A stretch of DNA of 62,312 bases, counting the filler, from Piptocephalis cylindrospora (Eukaryota): NCBI GenBank assembly GCA_003614145.1. It is 6 parts of 6 records of this genome, joined end to end, with 100 filler letters (N's around TTAATTAATTAA, not from the genome) between each part and the next. Parts side by side here need not be neighbours in the genome. Positions count along the whole stretch, not along the records: positions 31,380 to 41,641 come from KZ988044.1; positions 41,742 to 52,001 come from KZ988045.1; 4 more parts are not named here. One strand, written 5' to 3'. The number at the start of each line of letters is the position of its first letter. Position 1 is the stretch's first letter. Of this stretch, positions 36,690 through 49,378 are shown in pieces. The notes under the pieces are model-generated. The model was given only the letters and a program-made list of their open reading frames with translations. It was not told where the DNA came from and did not search any database. The position numbers and the translations under genes were made by a program.

Positions 36690-36799
36690 GCTGCAAGTAG
36701 AAGACAAAGACACAGAGCACTGGAGGCGTCAGGAGCCGAAAGGCCACGTTTCCCTTTAAACATTAACAATAGAGTTCGAGAGGATATAAAAAAGGAGCA

Positions 36800-36873
36800 T
36801 GTTCTAGCCCGGGCTCGAACCGGAGACCTTGCGCGTGTGAGGCGCATGTGATAGCCAACTACACCACCAGAAC
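36800..36873 (-). tRNA. tRNA-Val (anticodon CAC), intronless
   Basis: GTTCTGGTGGTGTAGTTGGCTATCACATGCGCCTCACACGCGCAAGGTCTCCGGTTCGAGCCCGGGCTAGAACA. Acceptor stem GTTCTGG/CTAGAAC, anticodon stem TGCGC/GCGCA, GGTTCGA T-loop, and a T6 Pol III terminator downstream. Confidence 0.95.
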
Positions 36874-38290
36874 CTGCATTTTTTGTTAAAAAAATAGAGT
36901 ATATAATTTTAATATATAATATCAAATTATTTTATATTTATTTATATTAAAATATCAATACAAGTAAAATGAAAAAGCTGACCTTTTAATAAAAATAGTT
37001 AAAACAATTAGGAGATTTCATTCCTTAATTTTTTTCTTTGTCCATCAATAGAGATACACTCTTCCTTCCTTGAGGTTAATCAACATGCATCATTATGATG
37101 CTTCTCTGCAGGCCCAAATGCGAGAGTGTGTACATTCTACTATTGATTTCATCAGCCCATCCCAAGACAAGGCGCGATTGATCTTGGGAGCATTGATAAT
37201 ATAATCATTCCGCATGGATTTTGGTCGGTAAGATATATCTTGTGCAATAAAGTGTCTATTCCATTCTTGGATCATCTACGCAGAATCTCTCGTGGGCCCC
37301 AGTCTACTCCTTACTCTTTCCCTGCCCCTTTACATCATCCTGGCTACAGGCTTTAAATGATCCTTTCATCCAGATAAACCTCATGCACTCAGTCCTATTG
37401 CCCATTGAGCCTGTTGCCCTCCCCCCCACCAAGAGTCGCTTCATTAGCTGCACAATAAACCTTGTGTTCTGAGTTAGAGTGCTGTCCATACGCAGCCCAA
37501 TGCCGATGCTGTTCTCTACGGGATAGAACCACCAAGAGTCTGGAGTTGGCATTGACATATTAATTTAGGTTCCACGACCGACAGATGAGCGTGAGGTGAC
37601 GTTTTCCCACTGCTTCCTATGTAGACTAAGGTGCTCCAACTTCCCATGGCTAGGGAATGGTTGGGCACCATCAGGTAAGGTGGGTGGGAATGAGTGTGAA
37701 TTTCTCTAATAAAACGCTGGTTAAATCGTTAAAGTCAGGGGTTTCTCTCTCCCCTCATCTTTTTATTGCGCTCACCACATCCAATCAGCTGGTCCGTAAT
37801 TTGGGCTAGAGTGGGGCTATCCTCGGCCCTTTTTACCTCTCCTCTTCTAGTCTGTCTACTTGCGTATACATTCTCATTTGCTTAAACCTTTCCACCTCAT
37901 TTTCATCCTTTCTTATACCTACCCTTTCCTTTTGGACTTTGCCTGAACTTTCCCTACTCTACCTCATTCCCCCTCATTGTCCCCTCATCCCCCGTAAGCC
38001 TTCTTCTCTCTCTCTCACTCTCTCTCTCCCTCCCTCCTCAATAAGCTTGACCTTCTTACTCTTTGGACTTGGCGTCCTGTATTTCTCACCTTTGACGGCC
38101 TGGCCTCTCCCCCTCCTTATTCCTTTTCTACTCCCTACTTCCTACTCAAGGGTCGACTCCCATCCCGATAGTGTGTGCTATCTGTGTCTTTCCGTGTGTT
38201 ACCAGTGCGCTGTTGCACGTGCAATTCACCCTGACACGCGAACCCTCTTTTGTCCCCCCTTCATCTCCTATAAAAACCAAGCGCTGCAAT

Positions 38291-40169
38291 ATGCTTAACC
38301 GAGTGCTTCCCTCGAACGGCTCCGCCATGGTAGATTCGGAGCCTCACAAGTTGGCTGACCCCACCCCATCCCCCTCCTCTGTTTCGTGCCCTCCTTCCCC
38401 CTCCTCCTCCACGGCGCCCATTCATCCCACCTTGCCTGCTCGACAAAGCCCATCCCTGAATAGAGAAGAGGAGGACTCGGGGACATCAGGGGAAGCCAAT
38501 AGTAATAATAATGACAAGGCTGTTGTTATTGCGACCTCTGAAGCCCAGGATTTTCCCGTGGTCCTGGAAATTCGAAATCGATCGGGCTCAGGAAAGATCG
38601 TCAAGGACCAGAAGAAGGAAGGATCGGAAAGGACCTTTCGGTATGATTATGGAAATGTAGTGCGTCGTGCCCTTCTTCCCCTTCCCTGTACCCTAGAGAG
38701 CCTTCGTTCTATCCTGTGTCGCAAGGTCAGTGTATTGAGCAGGGGAGGGACGACCGCCATCTTCATCTCTCACCCCTCTCCTCCTCTTCCCTACCATCCG
38801 GAACTATTAGACTGGTCGCAATTTCCCCTCTCTAGCTTACCATCATGGAGAAACCTTTGTAGACGTCTTTGACGAGGATGATTTCCAGTTGGCATTGCGA
38901 TCCACCAAAGAATTGCACTTTCTATTAGGTGATGCTCCTCCTGGAGGTCCATCTGGTACTCAGTCTTCGACCCCACTTGATCAGCCACCGGTAGGTCTAT
39001 TCTTTCTTGTTTAGCGTATGGATGAGTTTAGTAAAGGCTCACACCATTTACACCATGCTCTCTTGAATCTTCCTCTTACTCTTTTCGCCCCCTCACAGTA
39101 CACTCCATCATCCATGTCCCTTCCGCCTGGGTCCCTACATGAACCTCCGCCTCCACCTTTTCACAGTCCAGGATTTCCCCATTACCCAATGCATATGCCG
39201 TATGGACCGGGTGTGGGTCATCCACCCCCACCACCCCCTCCTCACCCTGCAGGCCTCCAGCGAGTCTCCTCCAACTCCTCTAATGCATCTACCTCTTCCG
39301 GGTCATCCATGGCTCCTCCAGGACACATGGTTCATCACCCACGCCCATCTCCCACTGGTCCTATGTACTCTCACAGAGCTGGCGGAACGGTGATGACCGC
39401 AGTGCCGTCTCCCCATCTCGTGAGACCAATGCCGAGTTCAGGAAGCCGCTCTGCCCATGTCCCCATAGAGCGCCCTCCCACTACTTTTCCAGTTTCTGGC
39501 CGAGGCCCTGGGCGGAAACCCAAGGTAGACTCGCCTATGAAGACCTTTTATCAGCTGAGGTCGGTACGACGGGTGTGGCAGGAGTACAACGAGGGGGTGG
39601 ATGGGGGCCCTGCCCTACGAAAGCTCGAGGAGCAGGGGCCTACTTGGAGAAAGGATTTTTACCAGGCGTATCGTCGACGCATTCGCATTATCCAAGAGAT
39701 AGAAAGGCGGGCTGGGGAGGTGGGGGTGGATAAGGCCATTGAAGAACTAGATGCCCTTGGCAGTCTTCACTCGGTCACGGAGATGCTTAGACTGAGAAAT
39801 GAAGCCGGACGTCGTCGGGGCCGGAAGCGGGGACGACGAGTCAACAGGGAGTCCATCACCAATGATATGGCTCAGATAAACGGGGCTACTCCCATCGAAG
39901 GCAGCCCCATTGCTAGGTCCCATTCGGCTTCCTCGGAAAGATCCGAGGGTTTAACGGCAAGTGAGCCTGCTCTGCAAGCCAGTCAAGACTCGGATACCTT
40001 GCAGAATGATGGAGATGACGAAGAGGATGAGGATGATCCCATGGATGACGACTTTATCAGCACTCCCAATGAACGAGGTGGGGCTGATGGGGAAGGAAGG
40101 AAGATGATGCGGAAGGATGGGGAGGGAGACCGGGTCATATTGGTGGAGGGCGAGGAGAGGGGCTTTTAA
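38291..40169 (+). CDS. GCR1_C (Gcr1/Msn1/Hot1-type) DNA-binding protein with N-terminal PB1-like domain, 3 exons
   Basis: Exons 38291-38725, 38811-38990 and 39099-40169 splice in frame. SVRRVWQEYNEGVDGGPALRKLEEQGPTWRK...YRRR..II..I matches GCR1_C. RTFRYDYGNVVRR..FVDVFDEDDFQLAL looks PB1-like. Confidence 0.8.
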
Positions 40170-40411
40170 GAGGTCTTTATCGATACTCATGTGCGGTGTT
40201 TGCTGAACGATGCCGGGGCATCCAAGATGAGAGAGGGAAAGGGAAGGACTGAGAGGTTTTGCATCAATATCATGAATACCACTTTTTTCTGTGCAAGCTT
40301 TTATCCTAAAGGATGAATTGTCTAGACCAAACCAAAGAGGATGAAGGGGAGGGGAGGGGGGAGACTTGACCAGAAGTACACAAGGGTTCGTAGAAGAACA
40401 TATTTTTTTCT

Positions 40412-41641
40412 CTACATGGAGGAGGTATCGACATCGGGAAAGATAAGAGCCCCATGACCCAGGTGAGGAACAAGTTGTGTAATGACATTAGGAGATGCAG
40501 TATCTGCCAACGCCGCCTGAATATCCTCGGTGCCATACCGTTTCCCTGAGGAGATAAGGAGGGGGGACGGGTGAGGGATGGAATGGGCAATCATCATCAA
40601 CCTGACCCATGGATTAGCTTACCGATAAGGACCTGGGATACTCGGGCCATCTCCTGAAATTGGGAGAGGGAGGGTGAGGCTTCTTGGATCACCCCGTGCT
40701 TTACACGAAGATGGAGGGACTAAAGGAGGGAGAAGATGAGGGGAGCCGGGTATAATGTACCATTCCGCCTAATGCCTCCCTTACCAAAATCCCTTGATCC
40801 AGAGTAATAGGCAGAGTTTCAGTGAACTCTGGGGTTTGGCCCCATGTCCAATCCCAACTCTAGGCATAAAAAAAGGCAAGTGAAAGAGATACGTCAATAA
40901 ATGAGTGCGTAGAAGGTTATTTATGAAAAAAGAAATGCTACACACCTTGAGAGTTCGTCGATACTTTTGGACACGAGAGGAGTCCTGAGCCATCTCATCG
41001 GTGAGTACGTGTAGATCTTCTGGCTGAAGCGGTCTGTCCTCTGATCGGCCGGCATAATGATAGAGATAGGCCCTAGTTACCGCTTCACAAAAGGAGGAGT
41101 GATCCACAGTAAAAGAGGCCTCCTGCAGATTGGTGACCGAAGATGGGACGCTCATCACTCCTTTGCTGATAATATTTTCCTAGTGGAATCGATCACCAAA
41201 GAGGGTAAAAGGGTAGAACGGGAGGTTAGAGATGGATTACAAACACGGTCTCCCTGGAAGAGCCATGGCTCAAATCGATAGTTACCCTTTTTCCTTGAAG
41301 AAGAGTACGTAAAGGAGCGAGGTCGGCATTGATCAGCATGGTACCATGGTGGTAAGCAGCCTTTCCGATGATCTTGTAGGCGCTACCGCTGACCTTATCT
41401 CCGTAGAGGGTCACATCATTCCGTTCATTCACCTCGGTTGGAATGTCCAAGTGAGCATTAAGGGCATTCGACACGATCTGGGCGGCGGTCCGTCGGTCAA
41501 ACGTATCCCTGGAAGTCATGACCGAGTAGTTGGTATTCCCCATATCCTGCAATGGAGAAAGAGTAGTAATTAACGGAATTCCCCCTTCCCCCGAAGCAAA
41601 GTGGGTTCCTTTGTGCTGACTTCCTTGGCCTCACGTTGTCA
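40412..41641 (-). CDS. Lipoate-protein ligase A / lipoyltransferase (Lip3/LIPT1-like), 5'-truncated, multi-exon
   Basis: Motifs DMGNTNYS, NERNDV..KVSGSAYK....AYHHGTML, SVPSSVTNL and WDWTWGQTPEF. Confidence 0.9.
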
Positions 41642-41741
41642 NNNNNNNNNNNNNNNNNNNNNNNNNNNNNNNNNNNNNNNNNNNNTTAATTAATTAANNN
41701 NNNNNNNNNNNNNNNNNNNNNNNNNNNNNNNNNNNNNNNNN
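41642..41741. other. Artificial contig spacer
   Basis: N44-TTAATTAATTAA-N44. Confidence 0.97.
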
Positions 41742-42104
41742 GAACCTCTACATGCACAGAGGGACGGAGGGCCTGCATCCTCCTCTTGGCTGGCCAACTG
41801 GCCTTTAAAAGCCCTGGCTCCTCCCCGCACTCCTCGCTGTATCCTCCGCCCCATCCTCCCTTCCCCATCCCTTCTTCCCCATCCCTCCTTCCCCATCTTC
41901 CTTTCCCCATTCCTCACCCACTCACCCTCTTTCTCCCTTCTTTCCTCCCCAACAGCTCTCCTCTTCGCTCTCCCGGTTTCTTGCACTCGTTTATCGCGCA
42001 CCACTCTTTATCACTATTATCCTTCAAGGTCTGTTTGTTGTCCCTTCCCTTCACCCTCCTCATCTCGTCCTCTTCTTCTCCTCCTCCCCCTTCGCCCTTC
42101 CGGA

Positions 42105-44752
42105 ATGGCCTACCACCCGACATCGGCCTCCCAACAAAATCGGGCCAGAGGACCATCGATCCTAGATGATGACTTTTCCCGTCCTCCTCCTCCCTTGCCT
42201 CATGCCCGTGTCCTTGGTTCCATCGATCCGTCACCACCAACCTCGCCCCTCCTGAGCAGTTCTCCCCTCTCCCCCACTCCTCCCAATGCACTTCGATCTG
42301 CCCTTGGTCGAGATACCGGGATGGGTACTGTCTTATCCGGCCGAGCCTCGACGAGTCGTCGTGCCCTCCCTCTGGGTCAATCTTTGAGGCGTCCGGCCTC
42401 CGCAGCTGCCCTACGGAAACCACGGATGGATACGGGGCAAACCCCTCGACCCAGAGCTCCACAACAATCCGCCCCAATCCCTGTCCCTCCTATCCCTCCT
42501 CGGGTCACCAAATCAGCAGCTAGTGTACCTGGAGCCGTCAAGGCCAATGGCGTTTCCTCTTCTCCCGCCCCCTCCTCTTCCTCGTCTTCCTCCATTGCAT
42601 CCCCCTCCCCGTCTCCCTCACCTGCTTCTTCAACCTCATCCTCTCCCCGTGTGTCGGTCGAGGCTTCTTCACGTATCCCTGATGATGCATCCACGACTCC
42701 ACAGTATCCACCTAGACCTACTATCCCTAATACTTCCGTGGGAGATTCGGATGAGGGGCTTGCGGTTCAGAGTCGATCCCGAAGACCCTCATTAGCCACC
42801 CAGGTGGTCCTTGGGGCCTCGGAGCCAGGACAACGTCGACCCTCCGTCACCGCCACCCTCATCCGTAACACTCTTATGGCCCATGCGCAGCAACATCAGC
42901 ATGGCCTTGGCTCCGACCTTTCTCTTCGTACTGGGTCTGGCGCCGTCAAATCACGTAGTCATGTGGATCTCCGTCATACCATGGACCATGCCGTCCCCCG
43001 CTCCTCTGGCTCCGTTCCCATGGCCAGCCCCCCTCTACGGGTGGCTACGACTGGGCCTAGTCAGCGCGGGTCCAGTAATCTCCTCCCTCCCTCCCCCGCC
43101 CATCCAGGCGCCTCAACCGATGAGGATCGGGATGAGGACGAGGGTGATGATGATAGAGATGATGAGGAAGAAGATAGAGTCAACGGAAAGAAGGAGAAGG
43201 AGATCAAGGAGAAGGAGATCAAGGAGAGCAAGGATACAGGCGATTCCTCTCCTGAACTCTCTTCCCGTGACCTTGCCGAGGAGGAGACCAAAAAAGAGGC
43301 TGTCGCCAAGGCTCCACCCCCCCAAGAAGACCCCGGAGCAAGAGGAGGCCGAGATGGAGCGGGATATCTATGGATTTCGCAAAGGTTCTCGGTGGGTGAG
43401 TGTAGAAGAGGTCCGAAAGTTCGAAGAGGCTTACAAGCCCTCCGTGGAGCGTCGGGCTGCCAAATGGGATGCACTTTTGCGGGAGGGGGGAGGGGCCTGG
43501 CCTGCTCGGGGAAGTAAGGTTAAACGATACATCCGCAAGGGTATCCCCTCGGCCTTACGTGGAGAGTGCTGGATGCACTATAGTGGAGCGGGTGAGGCTA
43601 TGAAGCGACACCGAGGTCGATACCATCAGCTTCTGGCTCAGGCCACTGAAGGTCGGCATGCTGCTAACCGCGAGCTAATTGAGCGAGGTAAGCCTTTTCC
43701 TTTCTCTCACGCAATTCCACCCACTCACGATGGTACAACAACACTAGATTTACATCGGACCTTCCCGGAAAACATTCGATTCAAATCCAACCTCACCACA
43801 TCAGCCAACCCAACCACGGGGGCTCAGATCACCTCCCTCTCCACCACCCTAGTCCCCGGTCTTCAGTCCCTTCGAAGGATCCTCACGGCCTTTGCCGTCC
43901 GGAATCCCCATATCGGATACTGTCAATCTCTCAATTACATTGCTGCCCTTGCCCTCATTTTCCTTAGCGAGGAGGAAGCCTTTTGGCTTTTATGCACTGT
44001 GGTGGAAAAGATCATGCCCGATGGCATGTACAGTGTCACCATGGACGGGGTCACCGTAGACCAGGAGGTCCTGATGGGTTTGGTCTACGAGAGGCTCCCA
44101 GGAGTCTGGAGACGCATTGTCGGCGGTCTCGGTGGGGATGAGGATGGTGAGGATGGTGGGGGGGGACTCCTTAGTGGTGGGGGTGGGGCCTCTGGGGGAG
44201 GAGGCGACGGGGGAGGCCTCCCTGTCACCTTGGTCACCAGCCACTGGTTTCTCACCATGTTTGCCGATGTCCTCCCCATTGAGACCGTGTTGCGAGTATG
44301 GGATTGTATTTTCTAGTGAGTCTTTCCTTTTTGTGAGGAGAGAATGAGAAGCTTTGTACAAATGAGCTAACCACATCCTCTCCTCCAGTGAAGGAAGTAT
44401 GGTACTCTTCCGCATCTCCCTGACATTACTCAAGCTTCACGAACCCCAGATCGTTGCAGTCAAGGACTCCTTGGAGATTTTCCAAGTTATCCAGGTATGC
44501 TTGATGGGTGGAACTCGATGCTATCCGTGACTGACTCACCTTACCCCTCTTCCTCCCCCCTCCCCTTCCCTCAATCAGAATATCCCAAGGAAAATGCTAG
44601 ATTGTGGAAAACTCATGGATGCTTGTTTCCGTCCCTACAACTTTGTCTCGAACCTCACAGAAAAGGATGTGGAACGACGACGACGGGAGGCCCGGTATGC
44701 CTACCGGGCTACTCAAGCCTTGGTGGAGAGTGGGGCAGGGGAGGCCAATTGA
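42105..44752 (+). CDS. TBC-domain Rab GTPase-activating protein (Msb3/Gyp3-like), multi-exon, with one apparent frameshift
   Basis: Motifs RDIYGF, YIRKGIP..LRG..W, IERDLHRTFP (spliced; Arg finger), GYCQSLNY (Gln finger), EEEAFW and LRVWDCIFYEG. Spliced stop at 44750-44752. Frameshift at the C7 run 43317-43323. Confidence 0.9.
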
Positions 44753-45020
44753 GTCTCATGGGGAAGGATGGTATTTATGGATGAAATTTGAAGAGGGGAG
44801 GATAAAGGAAGTGTATGTAGCATGTATTCTTCCCAAAAGATTTTGTTAATGAGGAGCGGGAAAAGATGCAAGAATCATCAAGATATAAACATCGTCCATA
44901 TTTGAGATAGATTTAAGCCCATCACACTTCTTTCTTTTGCACCACAAAACACAGTGTCATGTAGAAAGGCATTCAAAGTGAGAAGGTTATTCTACTCTCT
45001 CACCATCACAAGGACACCCT

Positions 45021-46355
45021 TCAAACATCAGAACTGTCCCCTTCCTTTCCAGTCCATATGCGGATGGTCCGGTCAAAGCCACAGGAGATGACCCAGTGAC
45101 GCTTGGGATCATACCATACGTTGCGAACATTGCCGGTATGATCCTTCAGGGTGCATAGGCTGGAGGAGGTAGAGACAGCCGGGTCTAAGATATGAATGTC
45201 TCGATCCCCTGGGGCACTAACCAGACGCTGGCCTGCCCATGCACACCGACCACGTGCAAGATCCCCCACATCCCCAGCCCACCAAGATTGCAAGAGTCGA
45301 CCCTCCCGGGCCAGGTAGACTGAGATGAGACCCAGAGAGGAGTCAGTACCGACGGCAAGGTAGCGGGTGGAGGAAGGACCCGGGGAGAGGGCCAGGTGAG
45401 TGGCGGTAAAGGAGCACCAGTCATCTCCATTGGCATTGAGGTTGATTCGACGAGTCGGCCTAACCGGACCATCTTCCTGAGCTTTGGTCAAGAGGTCAGG
45501 AAGATGGTAAATATGGATGTGGTTAGAGGCTCGAGTGGACACGTACACCTGTGCTGATTCGGGATCCCCGCACATGCCTTCCACGGGCCCAGGTAGAGTG
45601 ATGTGGGCCTTACGCGTCCAAGCCTCAGGACCCGCTGGGTCATGGTGATAGATGTTGAGGGTTCCATCATAACTGGCAGTGCAAGCCCACTCAGGGCCAA
45701 CAAAAACAGCATGTACCACGTATTTGGTGTGATCCTTCCACGATGCAATGCTGGTGGCCGAGGTGGACAGATTTGTGATTCGGACGGACCCGTCCATGGC
45801 CGCCGTGAGCATCCAATGGGGCTGGGTAGGGTGAAAGTCAATGGCCAAGATCACAGCATCATGTGGGTTCACCGGACTATCTCCCAATGGCAGATGATCC
45901 TCCAGGGAAATGAACCTCAATGATCGGTCGGAACATGACGCCACTAAGCAGGGTTCTGGCGCTGAGTGCGTCCTGGCCATGATGACAGCCGCAGGAAGGT
46001 CATAGGTCTTTAGGATTTCTTTCGGCACTGGAAGTGGGTCTTTTCGATAAAAATTTTCATTTGCTTCTCTATGTCATGAGGGGATGAGGGCATTAGCCAT
46101 GATGTCCCTGCCCATTGTCCTTGCCAAAGGACTATAGATGACTCACCGTTCAAGAGATAGGGCAGACATATGATGGGAAAGTTCCGTTTCTTCCAACAGT
46201 TGCTCTAAGGGTGTATATTCTCCTTCAACGGGAATATGCTCCAGACCATCTGAAGCTTCCTCCCGGAATTGGTTCAACGTGTCCTTGTATCCGTGGAGAC
46301 GGAGGAACTGGGCGACCATGGCGTGGGCCGTCCTTCTAGGACTCTGTGTTGGCAT
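45021..46355 (-). CDS. LisH + WD40 repeat protein, 2 exons
   Basis: Exon 1 contains the LisH motif MVAQFLRLHGYKDTLNQFREEA. WD repeats include LTAAMDGSVRI, TASYDGTLNIY and DHTGNV..ISCGFDRTIRIW. Confidence 0.8.
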
Positions 46356-46722
46356 GTGCGTATGTGTCGTCAAGGCAACGTAAGAGCGGCAGGTCGGCTG
46401 CTCAAGCGGTGTAATTGAGTCGGGTTTTAGGGCTTCAAGGGAAAGGCTTTAGGGCCTAAGGGTTTTAGGGAAAATGATATGGATGAAGGTAACTTTATCC
46501 AGGACGACTGAGCCATGCTCAAGGGGGGCTTAAATCGCAAATTCATCCCAGTTGGCTCCACAGTATGAGAAGCGGAGTCTGGGAAGGATGGCCATATCAT
46601 CCAAGGCGTTGTGAGGGATGACTATAAAGCCTTCATCATCGGCCACACGTCTGCTCAGGCCCGTCTTTCCCTCTCGCCCCATCCTCCTCCTCCTCCTCCT
46701 CCTCTTCCTCTTCCTCCCCACC

Positions 46723-48297
46723 ATGTTACCCATTTACGAGGACAAGGCCCAGAATGGGTCCTTCCTATCCAAACTGGCTTCATCCAAGAGATACCGTACC
46801 CTCTTTATCTTTGTCGCCCTAGTCACCGTTGTCTTTCTCGTCTTTCCCAATCCCTTTTCCCCACCTTCGCTCTACTCGGACACCTATGGTAGGAAGCTTT
46901 GTTAAATTTGATTAATTCTCGGCACCCCACTCATTTCCAATGCTGTAGATGCCCTATCTCTAAGGAGTTCTTCCTGCTCAACCCCCATGGAGGGTAGGCC
47001 TCTTTTATCCCACGTTCTGGTCGTGGATGCCGGCTCTACCGGTTCCAGAATCCATGTGTACCGCTTTAATCACTGCCAGGACCAACCGGCCCTGGAGGAT
47101 GAAGTATTCCTCCAGACCAAGCCTGGTCTCTCCGCCTACCCGGATGATCCAGAGGCTGCCGCCCGATCCCTGGATACCCTCCTTGACGCTGCCCGATCCC
47201 ATATTCCTGAGGGCATGCACGCTTGCACCCCCATTACCGTCAAGGCCACCGCCGGCCTTCGTCTCCTTGGAGAGGAGAGGAGTGGGAGGATCTTACAGGC
47301 TGTGCGAACTCACCTTCAGGACCATTATCCCTTCCGTGTCATCCCAGGTCAGGGGGGCGTTGAGGTTATGGAAGGGAAGGACGAGGGAGTCTTTGCCTGG
47401 ATCACCGTCAATTATCTCCTTGGTCATCTTGCCCATCTCCGCGGTACGGCCGCCATCATGGACTTGGGTGGCGGTTCCACCCAAATTGTCTTTGAACCCA
47501 ACACTACCCTCCCTGGTGTCGCCCCCATCGAACCTGGCGACCATCGGTACTCCATGGAATTCTCCGGTCATCAACACACCCTCTTCCAGCATTCTTACCT
47601 CGGCTACGGGCTTATGGAGGCGAGAAAGCGCGTTAATGAGGCCTTGGCTCGGGACGCCCTCAAGGCCGGGAAGCCCACTGTGTCCCACCCCTGTCTCCGA
47701 CAGGATCAGGAGCTCGAGGTGGAGGTCGAAGCCTTGAGTATCGACGGGAGTGGTTCAGGATCCGCCATTAGCCCCAAGGGAGGAACCAAAGGGTTAATCA
47801 AATTGCGCGGGGAGGACTCATCCAAGAATGGGATGATTGCGTGTTCCAATCTCATTCGCCAGGTCCTCTTTGATCGCTCTAAAACTTCTTGTCCCATTCA
47901 ACCCTGCTCCTTTGACGGTGTCTACCAGCCCTCCCTGACTCACTCCTTCCCCGATGCCGATATTTTTGCATTTTCTTACGTCTACGATCGTCTTATCCCC
48001 TTGGGCCTCACTGAGTCCTTTACCCTAAAGGACGCCTCCCATGCCATTGATCGCGTGTGCCGTGGTGACAAGGGCGTTTTTGTGGATCAGGAAAGCTTGA
48101 AGGAGTACCAGGGAAATCCGCAATACTGTTTGGATGCCACGTACATCCTCGAACTCCTTCGCGATGGCTACTCCATCTCCGAGAACAGGAGGATCCAGAC
48201 CGCCAAGAAAATTGAAGGCTTTGAGACTGGCTGGTGTCTCGGTGCTGCCATCTCCATGATGGATCAGGGTCTATACTGCCGCTTGGAGGAGATGTGA
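46723..48297 (+). CDS. GDA1: Golgi guanosine diphosphatase (GDA1/CD39 family), 2 exons
   Basis: Type II TM anchor in exon 1. Apyrase conserved regions DAGSTGSR, KATAGLR, EGVFAWITVN, DLGGGSTQ and GWCLGA. Confidence 0.93.
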
Positions 48298-48374
48298 TTC
48301 CTTTTTTCTTTTATCACATTGGCTTTGTTGCGTTGCGCATACAGATGACTAAGGGGGAGGAGAGGGAATAGCCA

Positions 48375-49378
48375 TCAAGGCTTCTTTATTCTACCTTCCA
48401 CTTCCTCTCGAGAGGAGGGGGAAAGAGCAATGGAAAAGTTATTAAGTCCACCCTCAGACCGAAGGATTTGACGGGGACAAGAGGGCTGGGGATGGGCCCC
48501 CGACCAATGCCAAAGAGAATAGGCTAGTTTGTTGGATAGATGAGTTGTGACCTGAGAAAACCCACATGCCTCCCCCAGGGCTAGCAGGTGCTCCTCGGTC
48601 ATGTATCTTGAGTGATCTACACACGGCCTAGGCAGGACCAGGAATAAACTTGGTGGAGGGGATGAAGGAATTTTTCTGGAGGGTGGTCGTAGAAACTCTC
48701 TAACGCGAAGGAGCATGTTGCCTATTTGAACTGGGACATGAGCCTCTCCTCTTTCTCAAGAACCCTAACTCACTCTGGGATCATACCTCGTTGAATGGGA
48801 TCCCCAAGGAAATTCACCACTAGTGACAGACATACCACATCAAATGTCTCCTCCGGACTAATAGGTGCAGGCCATTGAAGAAAGTCACCCTGCAGAATCC
48901 GAGGATCCCGGGAGTTGAGGTCCATGGCCATTACATTGATCCAGGACGACTCCCTGGCATAATTATCCGCACTTAGCGCTCCAATATCCAGGAGACGAAG
49001 GGGCCTCCCCAGCGCTTTTACTTGATCCTTGCATCCGCGCTGCAAAAGTTGACGTACCAGCCACCGACTTGTATCTCCCCCACGTTCCTTGCTAGCCCCG
49101 AGGGCTGAGGCCCTCTGATACGCCTCCAAGCCACCCAAATCCTCTTGCTCCTTTCTCAATCGAGCTTTCTCCTCCGGGTCCTGCGTCTGACCCATCTGTT
49201 TGGTCAGTGTATGGTATCGGCGGATGAGGCTTCGCGTCGTGGACGATGTCTTGGTCGGGGCTGTGGCTCCCTTTACCCGATGAGGAATCGCCGTGTCCTC
49301 TGCCGTCACCGGCCGCTTTAATCGGTCCCTTTGCGATCGTTTCTTCTTGTAGGATTTTTCCTTGGTATCTTTTGCCAT
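48375..49378 (-). CDS. BMT2: 25S rRNA (adenine-N1)-methyltransferase, 2 exons
   Basis: Motifs IRRYHTL, GGLEAYQRAS..G...RGGDTSRWL, LLDIGAL, FDVVCLSLVVNF..DP..RG.ML, LFLVLPRPCV..SRY and NNFSI. Confidence 0.9.
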
